Made by a program: the position numbers and the translations under genes | Assembly: GCA_016936275.1 (NCBI GenBank) | Contig: JAFGPJ010000114.1 | Span: forward strand, 1-49,793 | DNA from: Sedimentisphaerales bacterium | GTDB lineage: Bacteria > Planctomycetota > Phycisphaerae > Sedimentisphaerales > Anaerobacaceae | DNA length: 49,793 nucleotides | Reading direction: 5' to 3' | In this document: positions 9,225 to 17,776 of the stretch, one piece after another | Position numbering within the stretch: position 1 is the first letter of the stretch | Layout of the letters: each line of letters begins with the position of its first letter | Notes under the pieces: model-generated | Told to the model about the DNA's origin: nothing | The model's input: only the letters and a program-made list of their open reading frames with translations | Databases searched by the model: none

Positions 9225-12200
9225 TCAATGTTGCCGCGATAACGGCCACTCGCTGAGCTTCGGCAAGTCAATGTCGCACTTGCCGTCATATTCTCTGCAA
9301 AACTCATGTCGGAGATACAGCACCCCTCCGGAACCCTGGTCGTCTTTGACGTCCAGCTTGATACATTCCTTACCCTTGTCGGGCTCGGCCAAACACAGCA
9401 TCCGCAGACATGCCCATGGCTGTGAAAAATCAAGTCTCGCACTCGGCTGGTCGTCCGGGACAGAGGGATGCGAATAAAACTCAATCCCGATTGGCGGACC
9501 AGGGTACTGGAGCATACATACGGTCGTACCTTTTTCATCCACCGAATCCGTTCGGAGTCGCGGAAACGACTTAGTCCCCTGAACAATCCTGAACTCTCTG
9601 AATAGATCCGATAGCAAAGTTTCGTTTTCCCGCAGAAGGCGCTTCTGCTCCTTAACGTTAGGGAGGATTATCCTGCAGTAGTAAGAAGCCGGTGGTTCGG
9701 GAAGACCACGGAAGAGTTTTTTGATTGCCTGGAACCATTTATCTGATGTGACGGCCGGCCGCAACTGCTTAAGCTGCTTATCTACACTGGATAGCTCCGT
9801 ATCAGCCCCACTGCCAACTGTTATCGGGTCCAAATCTCCCTGCAGTCCTGCTTTGCTCAACGACTGATACAACTCCTTAAATTCATCGTATGTCAAATCA
9901 ATCGCGCCGTCTCGTGCAAGCGGAAACTTGCCACCATACTGCGTTCTCAGCTTGTTGAGCACCTCGGATTCGTAGGCCTTTGTTTCATTAGCGAGGATAC
10001 TGACAGAAACTTCGGGCAGAACGGTCCAGTACATATCCGCAAATTCCACTGTTGAGTCGGAAGCAAATGGGAAGTAACCCTTAACAAGAAGGCCGGGCTT
10101 ATTGTTCAGCAGTGTATTCCTCGCCTTGAATGGGTCATCGCTCAAGGTTGCCCATTTTTCGATCAGTGCATCGCATTTTCTTTGGAACAATTTGTCGTTA
10201 AATTTCTCCTTGCTGTCACGAAATTGCTTTAGTATTTCATCGCCTGCCTGGATATGATTTTCGAATTTACCGAGGGCCTCCTCAATGCACCTTCCAAACT
10301 TGTTTAACTCGAGAAGAACGTCCCAGACGACCAGCTTCTCAAACCGGTCGCGCTGCGCTTTCCAGCTCTTTTCATGCGGGGTCATACTTCTAACCAGGCG
10401 GTCAGGCGCTTTATCGAGCCAGTATTCTGTATATCGCCTGGCATATTCCGTGTAAAATGCTCCGGTTGCATTGTGCTTTTCCCTGAGTTCTGCGGGCAAG
10501 ACGTGTTTTGACGTATCTGCCAACGTATCTCCAAGAACCTTCCAGCCATCGAATACAGATGCAGCTGCGTTGGGGTCAAATTTCTTTTCGATGACTTCTG
10601 GCGGGACGCAGGCCCAATCCCATCCTGCCTGGCTTTCTATAAGATTTTCGAGTTCATCGGTCTTTTCGGGAGCTGCTTCCAAGCCACCTCTTACAATATC
10701 GCATACTCGCATTTGCTCGGCTGTGTCAACAATATACATTGAAACATCAGCAGCTTTCTGAATACGAAAAGCAGCGGGGTCAAGGTTCAGCGATTCGTTT
10801 ATATGAAGCCGTGCCTCCCCGGCCGCCTTCTCCAGCCCTCTGACGGCTCCGGGCACCTCTTCCACTCTGGAGACAGTCCTAACCGAACCAATCTGCTCGT
10901 TTGCGTGTGAATACATATCAAAACGGACTTGATATAAATGCCGGCTGTCCTTAACCTGATGATAAAAGTTTTTATCGAGCAGTTTAAGTCTTTCTTCAAT
11001 GTCGGTGTTTCGCAGCTTTTTGACGACCTCGACATGACTTTTCTGCAACTTGTCTCGAATAATGCCGAGGAAGTGCACCTTGTCGGCGTCATTAATTTCG
11101 TTAAGAAGGCACGCGTAATTCTTGTTGACATCATGTGTGACGGCGTTCGCCTCCTTTGCCCAGCGTTCTTCAAGCAAAAGAGGGGTCTTAATCGCGCTAT
11201 CGCAGGCCTGGATGTTTTCACTTGCTTCACGGAGAATTGCAAAGTTCTCGCTCCAGACGCCGACGGATTTTTCCCATTGTTTATCTGCAAAAGGTCTGGC
11301 AGATTTAGGTTCAGAACGGTCGCCTACGTTTAAGCTCAGGATATGTTCTTCGGCGGTATCGAATCTATCCAAATTGCCCTTGAGCTTCCTTATTGTCTCG
11401 ACCTGAGCCCAGTCCTGACTATTTCCACCAACGCGGTTCGTATCCGTCCAATATTCATTGAAAAGCTCTACACCGCGCAAAATGGCAGCGTCCCCAAAAC
11501 TAGGGTCAGCTCTCAGAAAGGCCGGAGGCCAGGCGCCGCCATAAGTGCCGGCTATGGGCTCATGAAGCTGTTTCTTGTCTTCTTCGAATGTTTTTAGTTT
11601 CCCAGAGTTTTCCTTATCTTCATCATCCGCTACGCGTCCAAAAACGTACTCAAAAAAAGGATAAAGTAAAGTAGCGGCAGAATACTCACCTTCCTTATTC
11701 AAGGGCTTATTCGCTCTAATCTGGAGCAGTTGACGCAACGCCTTTGTCTCAGCGTAATCACATCTCCACCTGCCATCCTGCTGTGAGTCCATCATGTCGA
11801 TAGTCGCCCTCAAAAATGGCTTAAGAACACTTATTTCATAGATAACCGCTTCGGCTTTCCTCAATCTGTCAGGAGTAATATCCCTTGCGACCCAGGCGAC
11901 AGGCCAGAAAATCCATGGCACGCCACCTTCACTCTCCCATCGGTTTATCGCACTATCAAGCCGCGTGCAGAAATTAGCTCTATAGACATCAGCCGGCATC
12001 CCGCGTATCCCGGACCGGCCGATATATCTATAGCTGTCGTCGCCTTCTTTCTGTATGACCTGAAGCTCCTCATCAAGCTTTTCCGAATTTAGCACCTCGG
12101 TTCCGAGTATGTCGCTCAAGACACGAACGCTTGTGCTAAAGCAGCGGTTCGCATACAAGGTCCACAACAAAAGCAATACTACACTGGCGGCGGCCGAAAT

Positions 12201-13544
12201 CAGCATGGCTGCTTTTCGGCGTGTATGCTGTTTCGTTGCATTTGTTGCGTGGGTGACCAGCCCCTTCTCACGGAAAACCTTTTTCATAAAAAGGTCCCGG
12301 AGAAAGTAAGCCCTGTCTCGTTCCCAGACCTGTCCCTCCGGCAAAGACTCCACCGGAACTCCGAGCGACTCGGCAAGGTCCTCATCCAAAGCCGACCCTT
12401 CCCGCATTGAAGATGTGAAATAGATACCGCGGAAGAACAACGGCTTACAGGACCACTTACTGCCTACACTAAAGATGAGCTCGAGGTATTGGGCCAGGCG
12501 AGGCGCCATTTTGGCAAGACTCTGAGGAAAAGCATACAACATGCTAATCGCCCGCTTCTCCCTGATTCCGGGCTCTTCAGATATTATCTCCTGCATCAGC
12601 CCGAGTCTGCGTCGATAAAGGCGTTCCTGGATTGTTTTCAAGTGCTGCCCAACAGACTCAGGGTCGTAAGGTTCATCGAGCGGCGCCGGGTTGGACCATC
12701 CGAATATCTGGTGCTGCAATTGGGGGTCATCGAGACCTTCAAAGAACTCACGGAACCCGACAATCAGGTCACTTTTCGTAACGACTACAAATACGGGGAA
12801 CCGCACGTCGAGGGTCCGCTGTATAACATCAAACTGACGTGCGATTTTGGACGCTTTTCGCTCAATTTCATCGGCAGTATCCGTAATGAGACTGTCGGCA
12901 GGTATGACCAGGAATACACCGTTAATTGGGCATCGAGGCCTATATTTCTTCATGAGTTTCAGGAACTCTTTCCACTCACTGGAGCCCCCCGTTTCAACCT
13001 CCTCGAACATAAGACGGCCGGCCGTGTCGAGAATAACGGCATGGTCTGTAAACCACCAGTTCATATTGAGTGTGCCGCCGGCGCCTTGAAACTGGTCTTG
13101 CAGGCCTGGTGGAAAACCAACATTGCAATGGCGTATAGCCTCGGTCTTTCCCGATCCCGGTTCTCCCACAATCATATACCAGGGGAAGTTATAAAGACTC
13201 TTGCCGGCAGCGTGGAAGTTTTTGATGCCATCTTCGAACTTCTTGCGTAAATCGTCGAGCCGGGCCACCTGTGCCGCTTCGCCGATTCCCTGCGGCGTCG
13301 CCGAGGTATTTTCAATAACACCTCGCTCCATCGGGGCGGCCTTTCGTTTCTTCAACCATTTCAAGAGCCGCCAGTACGCCAGAAGAAGAACCGCTACAAC
13401 GGCAATACCACCAAACAGAACCATACATAGGCGCGGCGGGAAAATAAGCACCATTGCGGTCAAAATGCCGCCGCCCGACGCTATCACCAGTCCGGCCTTT
13501 ACAGGCGTTGAAAGATTTGCAAAATTCGGAATTTCGGGTTTCAT
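9225..13544 (-). CDS. tssM: T6SS membrane complex protein TssM (IcmF family), 1439 aa
   Basis: N-terminal TM hairpin (AGLVIASGGGILTAMVLIF and LFGGIAVVAVLLLAYW). Walker A motif GEPGSGKTEA. A third TM helix (AAMLISAAASVVLLLLWTLYA), then a periplasmic region of about 950 aa. It sits between tssL and tagF. Confidence 0.9.
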   Translation of the reverse strand: MKPEIPNFANLSTPVKAGLVIASGGGILTAMVLIFPPRLCMVLFGGIAVVAVLLLAYWRLLKWLKKRKAAPMERGVIENTSATPQGIGEAAQVARLDDLRKKFEDGIKNFHAAGKSLYNFPWYMIVGEPGSGKTEAIRHCNVGFPPGLQDQFQGAGGTLNMNWWFTDHAVILDTAGRLMFEEVETGGSSEWKEFLKLMKKYRPRCPINGVFLVIPADSLITDTADEIERKASKIARQFDVIQRTLDVRFPVFVVVTKSDLIVGFREFFEGLDDPQLQHQIFGWSNPAPLDEPYDPESVGQHLKTIQERLYRRRLGLMQEIISEEPGIREKRAISMLYAFPQSLAKMAPRLAQYLELIFSVGSKWSCKPLFFRGIYFTSSMREGSALDEDLAESLGVPVESLPEGQVWERDRAYFLRDLFMKKVFREKGLVTHATNATKQHTRRKAAMLISAAASVVLLLLWTLYANRCFSTSVRVLSDILGTEVLNSEKLDEELQVIQKEGDDSYRYIGRSGIRGMPADVYRANFCTRLDSAINRWESEGGVPWIFWPVAWVARDITPDRLRKAEAVIYEISVLKPFLRATIDMMDSQQDGRWRCDYAETKALRQLLQIRANKPLNKEGEYSAATLLYPFFEYVFGRVADDEDKENSGKLKTFEEDKKQLHEPIAGTYGGAWPPAFLRADPSFGDAAILRGVELFNEYWTDTNRVGGNSQDWAQVETIRKLKGNLDRFDTAEEHILSLNVGDRSEPKSARPFADKQWEKSVGVWSENFAILREASENIQACDSAIKTPLLLEERWAKEANAVTHDVNKNYACLLNEINDADKVHFLGIIRDKLQKSHVEVVKKLRNTDIEERLKLLDKNFYHQVKDSRHLYQVRFDMYSHANEQIGSVRTVSRVEEVPGAVRGLEKAAGEARLHINESLNLDPAAFRIQKAADVSMYIVDTAEQMRVCDIVRGGLEAAPEKTDELENLIESQAGWDWACVPPEVIEKKFDPNAAASVFDGWKVLGDTLADTSKHVLPAELREKHNATGAFYTEYARRYTEYWLDKAPDRLVRSMTPHEKSWKAQRDRFEKLVVWDVLLELNKFGRCIEEALGKFENHIQAGDEILKQFRDSKEKFNDKLFQRKCDALIEKWATLSDDPFKARNTLLNNKPGLLVKGYFPFASDSTVEFADMYWTVLPEVSVSILANETKAYESEVLNKLRTQYGGKFPLARDGAIDLTYDEFKELYQSLSKAGLQGDLDPITVGSGADTELSSVDKQLKQLRPAVTSDKWFQAIKKLFRGLPEPPASYYCRIILPNVKEQKRLLRENETLLSDLFREFRIVQGTKSFPRLRTDSVDEKGTTVCMLQYPGPPIGIEFYSHPSVPDDQPSARLDFSQPWACLRMLCLAEPDKGKECIKLDVKDDQGSGGVLYLRHEFCREYDGKCDIDLPKLSEWPLSRQH

Positions 13545-13565
13545 ATTAGTTACACGTTCTCCAGT

Positions 13566-14279
13566 CTAATTTTCGGTACTGTTGTCAGTTGACCAACTGG
13601 CAGAAGAAGATTTTTGAACGATTCTATCGAGCGATTTATTCACATCCTGTGACGTCCACTTAAACAGTAAAATATAGACGATGCCCCAAACAACGATTAG
13701 CCCTATCAAGGCAATTCCTATACCCACTAACTTCGCGCTTGGCGGCTCAACAAAGTCTCTTGAATCCACATTTTCATAGGCCTCCGGACAAACATGAGAT
13801 TTTGCGTCAGCATCTATCTGACCCGAGATGCGAGACGAAATTTTCGACATTAATTTGCGGATGTCTTCCGGTTGGCCGGTATAAATTCCCGTAAAGCCCA
13901 AGCCAATACATATGTAGAAAATTACCAGCCGCTTTGTTGCGGCATCGCTTGGGTCAGCCAAGGTCTCATCCAGCAGGTCAAAGAACTTTTCATCCCCGGC
14001 CAGTTGTTTTCTTTCACGGCCAAGCTCGGACCACTCAGCTGCAAAGTTCAGTTTGCTCTCTTTAATCATGAAATCAACGAAGAAAATAAGAGGCAATTCA
14101 ACCTTATCATACTGAGCGCTAAGCTCGGCAATGTCAGATGCGCTTGTTTTCATCTCTTCGCATATTTTCTTAATATCGTTGCGCACCTGGTCCATTTCCG
14201 GACTGCGTCCCTTTTGTGCCGCCCGGATAAGACGACAAACATACTGGAAAAGCGGCTCACACAATTCAGAAAGTGTCAT
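13566..14279 (-). CDS. tssL: T6SS membrane complex protein TssL (DotU family), no peptidoglycan-binding extension
   Basis: DotU-like cytoplasmic domain (LSELCEPLFQYVCRLIRAA..., FFVDFMI, VIFYICIGLGFTGIY). A single C-terminal TM helix, LVGIGIALIGLIVVWGIVYILLF, with only a ~30-aa tail. It sits between tssK and tssM. Confidence 0.82.
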   Translation of the reverse strand: MTLSELCEPLFQYVCRLIRAAQKGRSPEMDQVRNDIKKICEEMKTSASDIAELSAQYDKVELPLIFFVDFMIKESKLNFAAEWSELGRERKQLAGDEKFFDLLDETLADPSDAATKRLVIFYICIGLGFTGIYTGQPEDIRKLMSKISSRISGQIDADAKSHVCPEAYENVDSRDFVEPPSAKLVGIGIALIGLIVVWGIVYILLFKWTSQDVNKSLDRIVQKSSSASWSTDNSTEN

Positions 14280-14282
14280 AGG

Positions 14283-15668
14283 TTACGACTCCGTATCTGG
14301 AACAGTCATATATAACGTTATTTCGAAATCAGATGAATCAATCCCCGGCCAGCGCACAGCGATTGACTTCTCCTGTGTTATGCGCTCCCACAGCCGGGCG
14401 CTTTCGCCGCGCATCAGCCGAAAATAATGAAGGCCTATCTGTGCTGGCAGCTCGACAGGCGGATACAACTCCTGGGCAAGCTGGACCCCGAAAATCCGCT
14501 GACTTGCAAGACTCTGCGGCATAAGCTTGAACTTATCGCGGTCAAGGACCAGCTTCGCCAGTTCCGAAGGGTCCTGCTTCGTTTTTATAGCAAGAAAATA
14601 CTCATTCGGCAAAGATAATGCCTCGTCGCTTAGCGTTGCCAGCAGAATTTTCTGCTCCTGATTCATTGTAAAGGCAACCTTAAGGAATCTGGCCCGGACC
14701 ACGCCCTTGAGCAGTCCGCGAATTTTAGTGGAAATCTCGTTGAAAGCAATTGCGGGATTATCATGGTCATACTCGGCAACCTCAAACTGGTCACGGTCAG
14801 GACGCAGGGCTGCAAGCTCGGCAAGCAGTTGTCTCAATATCAAATACATTCCAAACGGTGTAACGCCGCCAGGGGCCTTAATGAGAGAGCCAAGATGAGC
14901 ACTGAAACGATTAAGGGTTCTCAGACGAAGCATCTGCTCAAATTGCACACCACGCATGTTTTCAATACTGAATCCCCCGCGGTTTATTTGAACGACCAGT
15001 TCGTTCCTGCTGGCCACGACCTGATTGACCAAATCCCTCACCAGTTCTCTCAGAACCGGCGAGGCGTTAATAACCATACACGGGGGAATGAATGCCGGGT
15101 CCCGCCGGGGCAATTCCATATCCTCAGCAACCCCGCGGACGATTCTAATCAACGGCAGCACTTCAAGGTCGGAGCGGTCATCATTGTTCAGCAAAAGTCT
15201 CGCATTTATCTGGCGAACAAAGATTGGCTGTGGGTTATCGCCTGTGTTTTCATCGGGTCTCTCTATTTCGGCTAATCTATAAGTGCGCTTCGCCCGCCAG
15301 TCTTCCCCGGTGCCCTTCTCGATAACGTTGCCCCGCGAAGGCGACCACAACGGCACACCAAGGCCTACGGTTAGTGGACTGCTGCCCGATGCAAATGCTT
15401 CTTTGATATCAAGTGAAGGAAGATTAGTGTTGTCAGGAACATCTACTTCAAGCCCACTGGGCATTATAGCCCGAAGCTTATCAAAGGAGACCCGCATGTT
15501 TTCCAGCTCATCATCTGAAATCCTTGCCTCTATCACGCCGTACGGATAGCTCAGGCCGAGGCGGCGCTCTTGTATGAATCTCTCGACGATACCCCTTTGC
15601 ATGAACTGAAGATGATGCGGCTGAAGGAAGAGGCCCTCACACCAGTGAATTTGGCCTTTTGTCGTCAT
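14283..15668 (-). CDS. tssK: T6SS baseplate protein TssK
   Basis: The N-terminus IHWCEGLFLQPHHLQFMQR matches the TssK signature (W.EGM.L.PQHFQQ). It is 461 aa and lies directly upstream of tssL. Confidence 0.88.
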   Translation of the reverse strand: MTTKGQIHWCEGLFLQPHHLQFMQRGIVERFIQERRLGLSYPYGVIEARISDDELENMRVSFDKLRAIMPSGLEVDVPDNTNLPSLDIKEAFASGSSPLTVGLGVPLWSPSRGNVIEKGTGEDWRAKRTYRLAEIERPDENTGDNPQPIFVRQINARLLLNNDDRSDLEVLPLIRIVRGVAEDMELPRRDPAFIPPCMVINASPVLRELVRDLVNQVVASRNELVVQINRGGFSIENMRGVQFEQMLRLRTLNRFSAHLGSLIKAPGGVTPFGMYLILRQLLAELAALRPDRDQFEVAEYDHDNPAIAFNEISTKIRGLLKGVVRARFLKVAFTMNQEQKILLATLSDEALSLPNEYFLAIKTKQDPSELAKLVLDRDKFKLMPQSLASQRIFGVQLAQELYPPVELPAQIGLHYFRLMRGESARLWERITQEKSIAVRWPGIDSSDFEITLYMTVPDTES

Positions 15669-15690
15669 AGATTATTTCCCTTTATTAAAG

Positions 15691-16629
15691 TCATAGACCC
15701 ATTCCTTTCCGCAAAGATTCCACGTAACCAACAATATTATTCCTTATTTCCGTCTCGATGGAATCTTCGTTCAGGCCACCGGCCAGTTCGAGATATTTTC
15801 GCCAGCATTTCACTTCGTGGCTGATTAAGACGCTGCCTCGCTCTACTTTGACGAGGGCCGAAATCTCAGATGGCGCAAATCTTGCAAGATGATTCTTAGC
15901 AAACTGACTACCTACTCGACCGACAGCCGTAATAATCGCAGCTATAAGCCTCTGGAGCACCTTCAGTTCATTGTCAATTTGCTCTTGAGACGCATCGGGG
16001 TCTTTGAAAACAAACCGCCCCATAGCGTCTTTCATACTAACTGACTGACGAATGCTCGACCGCGAGGACAACGTGCGCCATATATTCCAAACCAGGGGTT
16101 CAAGCTTACATACAAAATTCGCGAGCAGAATCGATAGCTCCATCAGCCGGTCGATATCGACACTCCGCCCGTCGCCGACCTGAATCGCGGCCTTCAACCG
16201 TTGGACCGACTCATCGGAATAATGGCCTTGGGCCTTCGATGTCAGCGTAAATCCCGCCTTGTGCAAACTTTTTACCACATGCTCCTTCCGCTCGCGGGAA
16301 AGTGTCGGGGCAATCGCTAACAGGTTTCGAACAAGAAATTCGGCATCCTTAAGCTTATCCGGCTCAATCACGGGGGCACTTGGGGCTGCCTTGCCTTTCT
16401 GCAGGGGTTTGGAGCCGAAGCTGCCGACAGGAAATCTAACCATAAGTTTCTTCAAAAATTCGTTTCTTTGGTCGGGTAGAACCGTTTTAAGTGCCCGTTC
16501 AACCTCCTCGCAGAGATACTCCATTCTCGTCTGCTCGCTCTCGTCTGCGAAATCCACCAGTATCAAACGAAAACGGTTTGCCGTCTCAAGGACATGACTT
16601 TCCAATTTTTCACTGTTGACCTCAGACAT
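15691..16629 (-). CDS. Hypothetical predicted-helical protein embedded in the T6SS core operon (312 aa)
   Basis: An intact ORF with an ATG start, 22 nt upstream of tssK. It has no TM helix or signal peptide and no motif I can recognise. It occupies the position where fha/tssJ sit in H1-type clusters. Confidence 0.6.
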   Translation of the reverse strand: MSEVNSEKLESHVLETANRFRLILVDFADESEQTRMEYLCEEVERALKTVLPDQRNEFLKKLMVRFPVGSFGSKPLQKGKAAPSAPVIEPDKLKDAEFLVRNLLAIAPTLSRERKEHVVKSLHKAGFTLTSKAQGHYSDESVQRLKAAIQVGDGRSVDIDRLMELSILLANFVCKLEPLVWNIWRTLSSRSSIRQSVSMKDAMGRFVFKDPDASQEQIDNELKVLQRLIAAIITAVGRVGSQFAKNHLARFAPSEISALVKVERGSVLISHEVKCWRKYLELAGGLNEDSIETEIRNNIVGYVESLRKGMGL

Positions 16630-16756
16630 AATCTTTCGGCCCTGCCGGAATATAGGTATCTAAATGAAAACAATCATTTTCAATTAATCAGCATTGTCAA
16701 CTAAAATATGGTCGCAAAGATAACTTTGGCCGAGCACTGCATCTCCGTAAATACTG

Positions 16757-17776
16757 CTAAACCGCCGGATTTCTCAAAATAAGGTCATCCTTATCTTTTT
16801 CAAACTGCCCGCTGCCAAGCCACGTCGACCACCCTAATTGGCCCATTTTACCCAAACAAATACGCGGAACCTCTCGAGCAACCAATATAAGCTGCAGTTC
16901 CCAACTAAATTCATCACCGACGTAATTCTTGACCCATGCGACAAGCCGGCTAATACTTTCGCCCTTCGGCAGCATGCGCTGATAATCAGAAAAGCCCATA
17001 GGCCCAAACTTAATCCTGAATTTTTGCTGACACTCCCAGAAACGCGCCCCCACAACCAATGTGCACCCCAATTTGCCGCTTTCAGCAGTTTCCCCGAGCC
17101 GACAGCGATGCGCCGGCGAAAGCTCAATCCACTGCCCGATAAATTGTGCTATATCAACTTTTATTCCGAAATAATCCTGTAGAATCTCTCGCAGTCCCTC
17201 CACATTCTTAGTCTGGCAGAAAAGACGCCCTGAATAGTAAAGTTTGGCTATGTCTGGCACAGCATCCCTGTTTCGAAATGAGTCCGTACCGATTCCGAAT
17301 ATGCTGCCTATGTAGCCCGCGAACGTGTCTTTTTCTTTCCGGTCGCGGCTCACACTTTGCTGATTACAAGCCCATGCGCGATAAAACAGAGATGTCATGC
17401 GATGATTAAAAATATCAAGAAATGCTGCAAGCGTTACATCCTTATGGGTGCGCAATCGGTCGTAGATATATTCGGTTATGACCAAAGGCATAGGCCCGTT
17501 TGGTCCGAGAAGCCCGAAAAAGTTAACGAGCATACGAGCAGGATGTTCGTCTCCGGCTTCATAGTAGGCACAAAGAGATGATGGCGCAAAAGCTAAAGAC
17601 ACATTCTGGCAAAACCTGACGGGGTCATCCTGCGGCCTCTGTGATTGCCCTATCCTCGGTAGATTTGGATTGGCGCATTCGAGCAATCTCACGGCCCGGA
17701 AGAAGTCGAAATCGTAAGGCCTGTTGTGCAATGTTTTATTCAAAGAATAGAACGAAGCCCCTCTCTCATAGCCCAT
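16757..17776 (-). CDS. tssG: T6SS baseplate protein TssG
   Basis: YDFDFFRAVRLLE matches the TssG N-terminal signature (F.FFQAVRLLE). The start overlaps the tssF 3' end by 37 nt. Confidence 0.88.
   Translation of the reverse strand: MGYERGASFYSLNKTLHNRPYDFDFFRAVRLLECANPNLPRIGQSQRPQDDPVRFCQNVSLAFAPSSLCAYYEAGDEHPARMLVNFFGLLGPNGPMPLVITEYIYDRLRTHKDVTLAAFLDIFNHRMTSLFYRAWACNQQSVSRDRKEKDTFAGYIGSIFGIGTDSFRNRDAVPDIAKLYYSGRLFCQTKNVEGLREILQDYFGIKVDIAQFIGQWIELSPAHRCRLGETAESGKLGCTLVVGARFWECQQKFRIKFGPMGFSDYQRMLPKGESISRLVAWVKNYVGDEFSWELQLILVAREVPRICLGKMGQLGWSTWLGSGQFEKDKDDLILRNPAV

Noticed and set aside
12489-13250. 253-aa + strand ORF, plus other + strand ORFs between 9.0 and 13.6 kb
   Set aside because: It lies entirely antisense to tssM, which has strong family signatures. 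Its composition is low-complexity, with no RBS or promoter. It is a typical shadow ORF.
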